Part shown: one piece after another, positions 13,901 through 26,310 of the stretch | How the letters are laid out: each line of letters begins with the position of its first letter | How positions within the stretch are numbered: position 1 is the stretch's first letter | DNA from: Geosiphon pyriformis uo1 | Taxonomy: Eukaryota > Fungi > Glomeromycota | Direction: 5' to 3' | Assembly: GCA_016748015.1 (NCBI GenBank) | Contig: JAAOMT010000379.1 | Location: 71,966 to 135,965, forward strand | Length of the DNA stretch: 64,000 nt | Position numbers and translations under genes: made by a program | The notes under the pieces: model-generated | What the model saw: only the letters and a program-made list of their open reading frames with translations | Told to the model about the DNA's origin: nothing | The model's database searches: none

Positions 13901-15768
13901 CATTTTTAATAAACTCAAATATTAATTGAGAAATTAAGACAACATGTAATGTAAAAAGCAACACAAACTTGACTTGTTTAGAAAATTGTTTGAAATTTTC
14001 ATATATTGAGGATATAAAACCCGTATCAAAAGACCTCTTCTTTCTGGTAGGTGCGAAAAGATACGTATTTTGATTAGCCATGTTAAATAGGAAAGAGAAC
14101 TTGGGTCTAAATTATTTGATAATTTGTGCCATAAGCACACCCGAAATCTCTCTCAATGGAGAGGAGACAGATATAAANNNNNNNNNNNNNNNNNNNNNNN
14201 NNNNNNNNNNNNNNNNNNNNNNNNNNNNNNNNNNNNNNNNNNNNNNNNNNNNNNNNNNNNNNNNNNNNNNNNNNNNNNNNNNNNNNNNNNNNNNNNNNNN
14301 NNNNNNNNNNNNNNNNNNNNNNNNNNNNNNNNNNNNNNNNNNNNNNNNNNNNNNNNNNNNNNNNNNNNNNNNNNNNNNNNNNNNNNNNNNNNNNNNNNNN
14401 NNNNNNNNNNNNNNNNNNNNNNNNNNNNNNNNNNNNNNNNNNNNNNNNNNNNNNNNNNNNNNNNNNNNNNNNNNNNNNNNNNNNNNNNNNNNNNNNNNNN
14501 NNNNNNNNNNNNNNNNNNNNNNNNNNNNNNNNNNNNNNNNNNNNNNNNNNNNNNNNNNNNNNNNNNNNNNNNNNNNNNNNNNNNNNNNNNNNNNNNNNNN
14601 NNNNNNNNNNNNNNNNNNNNNNNNNNNNNNNNNNNNNNNNNNNNNNNNNNNNNNNNNNNNNNNNNNNNNNNNNNNNNNNNNNNNNNNNNNNNNNNNNNNN
14701 NNNNNNNNNNNNNNNNNNNNNNNNNNNNNNNNNNNNNNNNNNNNNNNNNNNNNNNNNNNNNNNNNNNNNNNNNNNNNNNNNNNNNNNNNNNNNNNNNNNN
14801 NNNNNNNNNNNNNNNNNNNNNNNNNNNNNNNNNNNNNNNNNNNNNNNNNNNNNNNNNNNNNNNNNNNNNNNNNNNNNNNNNNNNNNNNNNNNNNNNNNNN
14901 NNNCCAAAAAACTTCCAATTAGAACGGTTTTGTGTTGAGAATATTTATTTAATTCTCTAAATTACAGAGTTTTAGCCTATTTTTTTAATGTCATTATTTA
15001 ATTACCGGTTTCTTTATGCCCTTTAAATTTTGAGATTTCTAAAATAACTATATAGATTATCAGAATTTCAAATGCTTAAATTTCATTATGATTTTTCCAT
15101 ATCCCACATGCCAATTTAATTTCAATCGAAATAACAATATCATTTTAAAAAATGTTCATTCATTTGGAAGAGAATTACCTTTCCTCGTAAGAAATGTCAA
15201 AATTGAATTTTAATGGCAATATATTTTATTAAAAAATACTGTTTTAACATGTAAGAATAATGCTTAATATATTTTATATAAATAATAATAATAATAATAA
15301 TAGTAATAAATTTACAGTTTTATTTATTTAATTATTTATTTGCCCTAATATTTTTTAAAATAATTTGCTAAATTATTTATTTATTCAGTTATTGACTTAA
15401 CTGTTAATCACTTGTTAAATTAGTTTATTATAAATAAAACATTTTAAAGTTCTAAAAAGTATTAAACAAGTCTTTCTTAAATACTTTCAGTTTAAGATCA
15501 AAAAAATTTTGTTTTTGTTAAAATTAGTTTAAAAAATAAATGTATTTTTTTAATTTAATAAAATTGTTTATTATTACTTTTAAATAAGATTGTATTTGTT
15601 AATTTAAATAACTTTGAAAAACTAATTCAAATATTTTTTTTTAAAGAAATTATTTTTAATTGTATTTATATTGAATTTAATTTTGTGTTTTTTGCTGGGT
15701 CAAGTGAAATTTAATTACTAACAGGAATTTATTAAAGTTAAATATATTTGCAAATAGATTTTCTCAAA

Positions 15769-16898
15769 ATGGCGAATTAAGCTCTAGTTATGTCAGCTAT
15801 AGCAACCAAAATTGTTGAAAAAATACAATCTTAATTTAAAGATAAGTAGATCCAAATTTATTCAGTATACTTTTAAGTTGCTTAATGAACTTACAGATAA
15901 TAGAAAGAGGAATCAAGCACAAAGATGCCTCAAAGATGATTTCAAATTTAGTAATAAGCAGATAAATATATTGATTCCTATGCAAAAAAGTGGCTGGCAA
16001 AAAGACATAAATTTTACAACTCTAAGTAAGATTTCACATAGTGAAGCTGGACACTCCGACTCTATGCCAAATTCAGAAGAAACTATCAAAGAACTGGCTT
16101 AGTATATTTTGCACAATAATTTCAGCATAAAAGATGTAAAAGCTGAAACTCATAATTTGGTTAAATCAGTACCAAATGCTAATGTCATTTCATTACATCT
16201 TTCTCGATTCAGAAGAAAATTACAAAATCTCAGTGCTTTATCTGATATTATTGAGGCAACAAGATTTCCTAATATTATGAAAAAACCAATGAAATTCAGA
16301 GAGATCAGTGAAGAAAAGCTAAAGAACTTAAAAGAATCAATTATCTAGACTATTTCATATTAGAATCAGTAAAAGAGAAATTAAATAGTTATGTTGTATC
16401 TACTGCATCTAATTATCAAGTTTTTACTAATATTATGATAATGCTTAGTATGTGCTCTGTTAAAGTTAGAACTTTATGTATTACAAATAAAAACATAATC
16501 GACTATATAAAAAATTAGAATCAGCAAGATATCTACAAACATTTAGGTCTCTTGAAAAAAATCAAAAACATGCTAAAAAATTACTAACCTGAATACAAAA
16601 TGCTATATCTTCTAAAAAACTTGGCAATTCAGAGATCTTAAAGACTAAATGGTTCAATGTATTCTTAAAAAACTATAATTTTATTACTTGCTACTTACAA
16701 AAAATAGGTGCAGTTTATGCTGTTATGGTACATGGGACAAAAAATTTAGTCCATGTTATGACAATCACCCAAAAAGCCTTAAGGTATTCACCTAAAAATA
16801 ATACTTTTCCAACACAAAACTATGTTGTAGTCAATTACAGAAAGAGAGGCACTTTACCTAAGAAAACAAGACCATTCTAACTATATAGTGAAAATTAA
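15769..16898 (+). pseudogene. Intron-less tyrosine-recombinase-fold gene (degenerate)
   Basis: C-terminal translation ...IMIMLSMCSVKV...DYIKN...YLQKIGAVYA...ALRYS...QNYV; reversing C->T/G->A changes gives M-R-P-A-E, G-Y-x-K, L-R-K, L-R-H and N-Y, i.e. an R-K-R-H-Y catalytic series in the expected order. Confidence 0.6.
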
Positions 16899-17239
16899 GA
16901 GTCAGAAACTCACCCTTTACAGGCCTCATACTCTTTACTTTTATTACATATACACTAGAGTTCATTATTCGACTAAAGTTGAAAACATAAATTTCATTTA
17001 TAATTGACAAAAAACATTATTATTTTATTTAAAGCTTGAATCTTATTTTTTTTGGATTTTTAACTGTTTAATTTGATTTTTGTGACTGTTTTCAAGTAAA
17101 TTTTTACTAGTAGTTTTTCTTTTTTGTTAAATGAATTCAAATAAGTTGTAAAAACTTATAAAATTTTTTATTTTTAAAAAACTGTTTAAAGATAATTTTG
17201 GAGTTTAAGCTTAAGTTAAAGATGCTAAAAATAATATAA

Positions 17240-17345
17240 TAATAAATAGTGTTTTGCTAAAATCTGCTTCTGGTGTTTGCATATTTTTGGCAGCCAGTTT
17301 TGGTGTATTAGGTACTGTTTTTGTAAACTTTAGAATTATATAATC
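17240..17345 (-). mobile_element. Small Gypsy gag-region fragment
   Basis: Minus-strand KTVPNTPKLAAKNMQTPE resembles KTIPNTPILTKTTTKHLQTLE at ~29200-29280. Confidence 0.35.
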
Positions 17346-18129
17346 CAAAAAAATATGGACCAACTACTAAAACTACAAGATATATTTGATCTGGAAAAAT
17401 TTTAACTTGCACATGACAGACTACTCATTACTCTTATCTATTTTGTGTTATCAGTTCCACAATTTGAAATTTCACACAGTAAAGAAACCATAGTATTTTC
17501 GAGATGATAAAGCATGGATGGCATAGATATTTTGATAACAATAAAATTAATTTTAAACAAAACAAATAAAAATAAAATAAAATAAAATAGAATTTTAATA
17601 TTTTATTTATAGTCATATATTAAAATTAGTAATTTAAGTTGTTAATAAAATTATGCTTTTAATATTTGTTAATAAATAAAAAATATTAAAAATTTTGATT
17701 TATTACAATAATAATGTGTTTTAAAATAAAATAAAAAAAACTTATTAAAAAAATTCATTTTATATATTAAATTTATATATATTTAATTTGTTTTTTATTA
17801 AAAATTTTTTTTATATTATTTTAATTTATATATATTAAAAAACTTTTTTTATATAACTAATAAAAAAATTAATAATTAAATTAATAATTAGATAAATAAT
17901 TATATTTAAAAAAAAATAATTAATTATATAATATTGTTAGTAGTAATTAGACTATATAAAATTTAATATGAAAACAAAATAAAGATTTAAAAAATCTTTC
18001 TCTTGTCAATCTCTTGACCATGACAAAAGCAATAATATTTTTTTTGAAGACACTGCTTTGCTTTTATTTTCTTTCTTTTCCCTTTTGGTTACCTAAATCA
18101 TTTCATTTGTATTACCTCTCTTTTTAGTG

Positions 18130-21100
18130 ATGGATTCAGCAAGCTTATCTGCTGGTGGTTCTAGTTTGGTTTTAGCTGGATTGGGTTTCTGGTCTAGTAT
18201 TAGTATTAAGAAAAAAACACGTGTTGAGAGTGTGTACTCTTGTGGTTCTGCATTCAAAAAAACAAAAAAACCTGGGGTTTTTGATGTGGTGGTTGACTTG
18301 TTGGCTGGACCTCTGTCTGCTGACATGCTGCAAGCCAATAGTGATTAGCATGCTAAATTTTAGGGCAGTGAAATGGACAGCAAAGAAAACAGTGTAAGTA
18401 AAGTGTCGGATGTAAAAAACATGAAAAACATGGTTGCCAAAAAAACAAGCTACATTGATTCCAACACTTCTAAGACAAATGACATGGTAGACAACGCTAC
18501 TCCAAGAATGATGCACACCAAAACTTACATCTTAGGAAAACTGCTGAAAGAACTGTCTTTTGATATCTTGAATAATGATGGTACAGAGTTGGTGCTCCTG
18601 GCACCTAAATTTATTGGTTCTAATAGATTGTTATTAGCTGATTCACATGTTGGAGATGTTTGGAATTTTGATTCAAAAAAATCTTTTGCATTGGATGTTG
18701 ATCTTTTTGCAGTGCCTGACAAAACCCTTGGTGATAAGTTATTATATCTTAAGAAAATTTTCTATTGAATTGATGGTTTTGGGGGAGTTTCTACTTCTTT
18801 AAAATTTCCTGGAATTATCAGATCATCTTTTACTTTAGAATTCAGTTTCAAAAAGACAAGGAATCTGGCTGTCAATAAAAAAATTTTAGTCAATAATGAG
18901 GTAAGAAAAATAAACAAACATTTGGATCGGGAAGTGATAATCAAAAAGATCCCAGTAGATCTTTCCAAATCAGCAGTTGTATCAGTTTTTTTTAGATTTG
19001 ATAAGATTGTATCAGTAAGAATACAGTTAATTGGTCTCTGGCAGAAAGTCTGGGTAGAGTTTGAGTCATTAGATGTGGCTAGCATGGTTGCTGCCAAGTG
19101 GTTAGTTTTCATGGGAAAAGATTCTGTAAGAGTAACATTGGCTGTTGGGGATAAACAAACATGGATTTCTAGAGATTATTATAGGGCTTTGCTTTAAACC
19201 TTGCCTATTGGTACTACTGCCCATGATTTGTCTGAGCTGTTAGCTTTTTATGGTGGTAGAACATGTTTTATTGGCCACAATCCTGTTTCATATGCTTGTA
19301 ATAGATGTGCAGTGGTTTGTTTTAATAGTAAAGAATTGAGAAATAATGCCATTAGTTCTCTACTGGTTTTTAAGGAAGTAAATTTAAGATAAGCTGGTCT
19401 TTTTCTGGCTTGTTGTGCTAAGTGTGACCAATTTGGTCATGTTTTTGATGATTGTTTTATGGGTGAAAACTCTGATGCTCATAGAAAAAGGGTGGTAACT
19501 TTTCATGATCAGGTCCGCTTAACCAGTATATATAGGAAGAAGTAGGCACTTATTGTTCATCCAGTGTTTTTTGGTGGTAAAACTTGGGCACAGGTTGCCA
19601 GCAGTTCTCCTGCTTGTAGTTTTTTTTTATCTTCATTAAATGTGGGTGTGGTATTAGGCACAAATACCTCTCACATAACTTCTGCTCCTTTTGATGTCTC
19701 TGGTTTTAATGATTATTTGGCTTCTTTGGAGCACTCTCTGGAGCTAGTAGTGGACCAGGTTTCTGACATCTTAAAGAAATTAGGTTCTGTTAACCCAGTG
19801 CCTTTGCCTTCTGTTTCTCATGTATCTCCTCTGGTTGTTTCTAATTCTTTAACATTGGATTTTGTTTCAGACATGGTTTTGGATGGAGTATTGGCACCAC
19901 TTGTTTTTCCTCTCCTTAAAGTTGATATTGTGTTTTTTGATTTCAGTCCCAGCAGTTCAAAGGTCTTAACCACCAAAGTGTGTGGTTTAGAGTCAAAGAT
20001 GGTGGCTTTGGAAGTATTGATCCATTTGGTGTTGGCTAAGTTAGATCTTTTAGGCTCTGGTTTGGGTTCTCTATTTTCTTCTTTTTTCCAATGAGTGGTA
20101 TGATTTAGAAATTTGCTGCATGTAACATTTAAGGTATTAAAGTACCTGCTAAGCAAGAAGATGTTGTTTAGTGGTACTTGAGCTCAGATAATATAGTGTT
20201 TTTTGTTACAGAAACTAAGCTATATTCTAGTGTTAAATCTTAAATTGCCAATAAGTTTAAAAGTGTCCAGATATTCACATCTGGTTTAGAAAAAGGTTAT
20301 CTTGGTGCTAGTGTAGCTGTTATTATGAACAATTTCTTGGCTTGTTATGTTTCTAAGGTAGAAAAGATTCCAGATAAGATTATTTTAGTGTGACTCCTAT
20401 TTAAAGGCAAGCTTTTGGTCACAGTCTTGGGCTTGTATGTGGGCACATCAGCTGGAATTAGGTTCAATCAGGCTTCAGAGGTAAACTTTCTCATTGCTAA
20501 GGCTGTTAACTTTAGCACTTTTATGGTATTGGGTGGAAATTTTAATGAAAATAGATCTGGGAGGAGTGCAAGTTTTAAATTCTGTTCGAATTTAGGATTG
20601 GTCAATTTTTTCATGGGCCATTTTTTGGCCAAGGCTGCTATATAGAACAATTCAAGAGAGATTAAGAGAACTATTGACTACATTTTTGTTAATAGGAACT
20701 TGAATTCAGCCATTGCAGGTCATGCAATTAGCTCTGTTTTTGATTTCTTTGATACTGATTACAAGGCTGTTATGGTGTTTATTAGTTTGGGTGGCCTCTT
20801 AGATGGTCGTCTGAATAGCTTGCACAAACAAGCAAATAAAAATCATTAGAAATTCAATATTAAGGATGCAGATGACACCAAGTAAGCGAAGTTTAGGGAT
20901 TGTGCGGCTTCCAAGCTATTGTTGGTGGAAAGTGAACTTTCTGATGTAGAAACATGTGGTAAAATAAATATTATATGGACTATTCTGGAAAAAACAGTGG
21001 TAAATTTGGCTGATAAGATATTTTTGAGGCACTAGTTCAGTGAGTTTCAGTGTTTAAGAAACAGATATTCTTCCAGGTTTTATGGGTTGGAAATGTTGGC

Positions 21101-21553
21101 TGCCAAAATTATTAAGAAATTTAGTTCTAGTAATGCTGCTGGAGTTAATTGTTTTGTAAAAACTTGGTTAACCTTAGATGAAGCCAAAGCCTGTGCTTTT
21201 GCTGACCTGATTCTCTCGAACAAACATCTTGTGTCTATTCTCAAACATTTGTCCTTGGTTTGTAAAAGTTATAGAAAGTTTAAGATGTATGAATTAAAAT
21301 TGGCTGAGGAGACATCTATTAGAAGAGCAATAGAGAAGTGAATAGAAAAATTTTGTTCTAATAAAGGTAACATAATTAGAAGCATTCTAGACTAACCCTT
21401 TCGTAAGGTGGTACTGGATCATTTGATGGTGAATGATAAGTTGGTCATGGAGCTGACCAAGATTAAATCTAATGTGGATAGAATCATGGAGGGTTGGACA
21501 AGAAGGTAGATGGTGCTCCCAACTTTGTCTGATTGCTGGGCCTGCCAGTATGC
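18130..21553 (+). mobile_element. LINE (non-LTR retrotransposon), 5' half: ORF1 and ORF2 AP-endonuclease
   Basis: ORF1 fragments with a CX2CX4HX4C knuckle (CAKCDQFGHVFDDC, ~19414-19455); ORF2 from 20091 shows APE motifs (CNI*GI, VTETK, LGGNFN, TIDYIF); many TAG/TGA stops. Confidence 0.9.
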
Positions 21554-22278
21554 TGTTACTGGAGGTTTTTGGTCTCTTTTCTTAAATGTTGTTTATGCTT
21601 GTTTGCTGTGAATTCACATTTTCTAGATGTAGTTGAACCTCCAGTAACTGAATTTATCTTCAAATTATCTCCTATAATTTGAACTGCTGGGCTTATAGTG
21701 GAATGGCCAATTCCGTGCCAGTTACTTGATTGAAGTTACATTGTAGTAAATATCAACTCTTTCCCAAGAATTACTTGTTTGAAAGCTCATTAAAAATGTA
21801 TAGTTACTTTGCTGTAAAAGTCAATTCTTCTACAGGAATCTTGTTTGTAGACTACCCTAATAATTGTAATAAGAAAAAAACAAAAAAATAAAAGAAATGT
21901 TTTCTATTCAGACCTGGAGTTACTAACAGTTTACTGAAATTGGTAGCTAATCAATTTCAAAACATTAGTTGGATTTTTAGAGATTTTCCAAGTGTAATAA
22001 TTAAAAAATTTGGTTTTTCAAATTATTTGATATTTATTTCTTTTTGTGTGTATAGGAATGGTTCTAAGTGCTAAATCTAAAGTAAGATACATTTTCTCGA
22101 AAAGAGAAGCTCTTCTTTTATACAACTTGTTATAACACTATTTTATGAATTTAAACTTTGCTATTTTTTACAATTTCACTGAACTAAAGATACATTTCGG
22201 CAAACTACAAGTTATTTCTGCAAACTATTAAATATTTCGGTGAACTATCAATTATTTCAGCAAATTTCTACAAATTTT
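21554..22278 (-). repeat. 3' LTR (lacks ~220 bp present in the 5' LTR)
   Basis: Aligns with 29705-~30460, then similarity stops. Confidence 0.9.
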
Positions 22279-22699
22279 GTGTTCTTTCTATAAAGGTAAT
22301 ACTTTTGTGAATTTGGGGTTAGATTTGTAACTATTTCTGTTTGGATATAATTAATATGTTTTTCAGTGATAGTAATGGATAATTCGGGTAACATTAATTT
22401 TTGAGATAACTGTTGAATATTTTGAGGGATAGTCATTATAATAAAATTGGAAAAATAAAATTGAAATTATTTTTAGTATGTGGGTTTTTTTTTTTTTTTT
22501 TTTTTATGTTATTTTTGTTTTTCATTATGCTTTGTTTTGTTTTTGTTGTGACATTTTTTCTAAATTATAAGGGAATAACTATAGTAAAATTGAATTTAAG
22601 TGTTCAAGTTGAGAGGTTGTTTAATAACAACTATTGGTTCTAAGTTTTGAGGAATATCTTTGGGATTGATTAAAGGAGAATGTGTACCAATTTGTGGAA

Positions 22700-23980
22700 T
22701 TAATGGTTCAGGATTGTTTCTGGAATTATAGTGTTTCAAACAATCTTTATGGCAACTTTTGTTAGGATTTTGTTATCAAGTTTTAGCTTGTATGATCCGT
22801 TGCCTAGAATTTCATGAATAAAGAATAGCCCATCTTATTTATTTTCAAATTTTTCACTCCATTGTTTTTCAGCTTTAGTTTTGTGTAAGAGAACTTTGTT
22901 TCCAACTTTAAATTCATTGGTGACTGAAGGCAATTTGTTGTCATGCCATTCTTTTTGTTAAGCTTGGGAGTGTTTAATATGGGTGGCTGCTATTCGTTGT
23001 TTTCCTTCCAACATGCTAAGCAGAGTGTAGGCTCTTCGTTGAAGTGTTTCCTGGAAATTGTTTTTATTGATTGGTTATGCTGGGTATGTTTCCACTATAA
23101 AATTAATTGATAACATTGCTGTCCTTCCATAAGTTAAATCAAATAGTGTGTGTTTTGTGGTATTTTGTTTTAGTGTTCTGTATGCTAGTAACACTGATGG
23201 AATAAAGATATCCCATTCTTGCTCAAAATTGGTTGAGACTTTGGCTAATGACTCACACAATATTCTGTTAAAATGTTTCGCAAGTCTGTTTGTCTGTGGA
23301 TGGTAGGGCAAAGACAGAGGTCTTTTGACATTGAATCATTCACAGATTTTTTGAATTAGATTGTTCACAAAATGTGTTCCTTGATCGGATAAAAGTTTGA
23401 TTGAGCATTCATATCTACAGATAATGTCTTCATAGATGAAATTTGCTACTGATTTTGCATCTGCTCATTGAATGGCTCTGGCTTTGGGCCATTTAGTGAG
23501 ATAGTCTACAGCTATTACAATATAACAGTTTTTTTGGTTTGTGATAGGTAGTGGTCTGACTAAATCGATACCAACTTGGTCAAAAGGCTGTCCAACTTTG
23601 ATTGGATTTAAAAATTCTGTAGAACAAGTTTTTCCTCTTCTTTGACAACTATCACAAGATTTAATGTATTCATAAATGTCTTTTCTCATTCAAGGCCAAA
23701 AGTAATATTTTAGTGTTCTCTAAGTAGTACTGTCTTTTCCTAAATGTGCTGATAAAGGGTTTGAGTGCATGTTGTATAAAATAGTTTCTTTTTCATGTTT
23801 TTGTATTAATTTGAGTGGACTGTTTGGGTTTCTGAAGTTTCGATAATAAATAATGTTGTTGTGTAAGAAGTATTGTTTGGCTTGTTGTTGTAACTAACGT
23901 TTTTCATCTGGAGACCAATCTGTTGGGATTGTTAATGTCTCCAGATATTGTTTAAAATTGTTGTAGTTTTCGGGGTTCAT
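22700..23980 (-). pseudogene. Gypsy integrase
   Basis: HHCC zinc domain (MHSN..AHLG..KSCDSCQR), GIDLV, VDYLTKW, SDQGTHF, PYHPQTN. Confidence 0.93.
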
Positions 23981-24049
23981 TGTTTGTTGTTTTGTTGCTG
24001 TTAATTCAAATGGGTATTGGTTCTGTTTTCTAATCTTGCCTTATTCTTA

Positions 24050-25433
24050 AAAGACAATCAACGTTGGCATGGAGTTTTTCTGGTTTGTGGTATATAATGT
24101 ATTGGTAGTTGGCTAAAAATTCTGTCTATCAGGTTTGTTTTGCATTCAGTTGGGTGTTTTTGTTCTGAAGCCATTTGAGCCCAATATTATCAGTAATAAT
24201 ATCGAATTCTTTAGGCCTGAAATAAAGGTTGAAGTGGTGTAGGGCCCAAATTATGGCTGCTGTTTCTAGTTTTGTGGCAGAGTAGTTTTTCTCAGCTGGT
24301 TTTAATGTTCTGTTAGCATAAATGACTATTTACTCATTTCCGTTGTCATCTAATTGTGATAAGATGGCACCAAAGGCAATATAAGAAGCATTTGTAGCTA
24401 ATTGAAATCAGTTACTGAAGTCTGGGTAGATAAAAATTGGAGCTGTTATCAGCTTTTTCTTGAGAATTTCAAAAGCTTTTTGGTGTTCTTCCATCCATTT
24501 GTATTCGATAATTTTAGTAGTGAGCTGGTTGAGAGGTTTTGCAATTTTTGAGAATTCTTTGATGAATTTTTGGTAATAAGAAGCTAATCCAATAAATCCT
24601 TTCAATTCTGTGATATTTCGTGGAGTCTTGAAGTTTTTAACAGTGTTGATTTTTCCAGGGTCTGGTTTAATTTTATCTTTGCTCACAATGTGGCCAAGAA
24701 AGGCCAAATTCATTTTTCCGAAGTAGTATTTTTCAATGTTCAGTTTCAATCCTGCTTTTTGTAATCATTGAAAAACTTTTCACAGGTGTTTTAAGTGTAA
24801 TTCAAAAGATGGTGAATAAACATCAGTATCATTGAAATAGACAACTACTGATTTCTAAAGGAGGCCTTTGTAAACAACATCCATGAGTTTTTGGAATGTT
24901 GCTGGTATATTGCATAATCCAAAAGGCATTACATTGAACTCATAATTTTCTCCTTGAATGGTGAATGCTGTTTTGGGGTGATCTTTGGGATCCATGGCAA
25001 CTTGCCAGTATTCACTCTCTAAATCTAATGTCGAAAAGTATTTGGACTTTCCAAGAGCATCCAATATGTCATCAATTTGGAAAAGAGGGTAGACATCTTC
25101 AATGGTAACACTGTTGAGTTGTCGATAATCAACACAAAATCGTATCTTTCTATTTTTCTTTTTAATTAGGACCACAGATAAGGCTCATGGACTTATTGAT
25201 GGTTGAATAAGCCCATTGTTAAGCATCCATTGTATTTCTTCTTTAATAAATTGGTGGCTTTCTGGAGCAACTTGGTAGGCTTGTTGTCGCCTTGGTTTGG
25301 CATCTCCTGTATAGATTTGGTGTTGAACCAAATCAGTTTTTCCTAAGTCATTGTTGTTTTTGGCAAAGATATTAGCAAATTCTGCAATTAGCTTTTTGAG
25401 CTGGTTCTGTTGTTGTGGTTCAAGTTGTCTCAT
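24050..25433 (-). pseudogene. Gypsy reverse transcriptase and RNase H
   Basis: IRFCVDYRQLN, STLDLESEYWQ, KTAF, VMPFGLCN, VVYFND (mutated YxDD), AFLGH; RNase H ATNAS (TDAS). Confidence 0.95.
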
Positions 25434-25869
25434 GTTGATTCGAGATAGTTTTTCTATGACAACATAGTAGTTTTCAGAGCTGGGATTTGGGTTGATTTTT
25501 GGTAGTGAATGTCCAATGATTTCCGAGAAATTGAGAACTGTTTGGGGTAGTTTTTGTTGAAAGATGTTATTGTAAATGACTCCAATTTCTAAGTTATTTA
25601 ATAAAACTATGGGATAATTGTTGGGATTGTAAAAAGTAACTCAGACTTTCTTTGTTCCTTCTGGAATATAAATGTTTGGGATTGAGATATTATGTTCCAA
25701 GCAGACTTGTTTGTTGGATTCAAAAATTTGTTGTGTGGTTGTTGGCTTTGGACAGGTGTAGATTTCCAGATGTTTCCCAAAGGGTGAAATAGTAATTAGT
25801 TGTGGAAGTCGTAGAATCTAGTGAGATTCACTTTGTTCATTAAGAGCTATATTTACTGAAACTGTGAAT

Positions 25870-26310
25870 TGTCCAGTTGAACCAAAACCATTGGTTCCTC
25901 TTTCACTTTTTCCCAATTGTTCTCTTTGATTGACTAATTGTAAACCCGAAATGTTGATTAAGAATAAATAAATAGCTTGAGCAATTTTTTTGGCATGTTC
26001 AATCTGAAAAGGTTTATCAGTTTCATTTTGTAACATGATTGTAATGTCATCTGTATATTCAGCATCTATGATTCCTTCTTTAATATTGATTCCTTTGCTT
26101 GCCAATGATGATTGTGAAGTGATTTGGACCATTGCTTTTGGTGGGATTTCAAGAGCAATTTTGAGGTTGATTTTGGTAAGGGAATTTGGTTAAAGAACCA
26201 AAGTGTCTTTTCTTGGATATCATAGATCATATTCAGCATCAATTTTATGTGCTTTTTCAGGCTTTATTTCTTGTCTATTGTTGTTGAAGTATTTGAGCTG
26301 TAAAGCAGGC
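25870..26310 (-). pseudogene. Trimeric dUTPase domain within Gypsy pol
   Basis: All five motifs present in degenerate form: AEYDL, QSS, GIIDAEYTD, KIAQ, RGTNGFGSTG. Confidence 0.92.
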
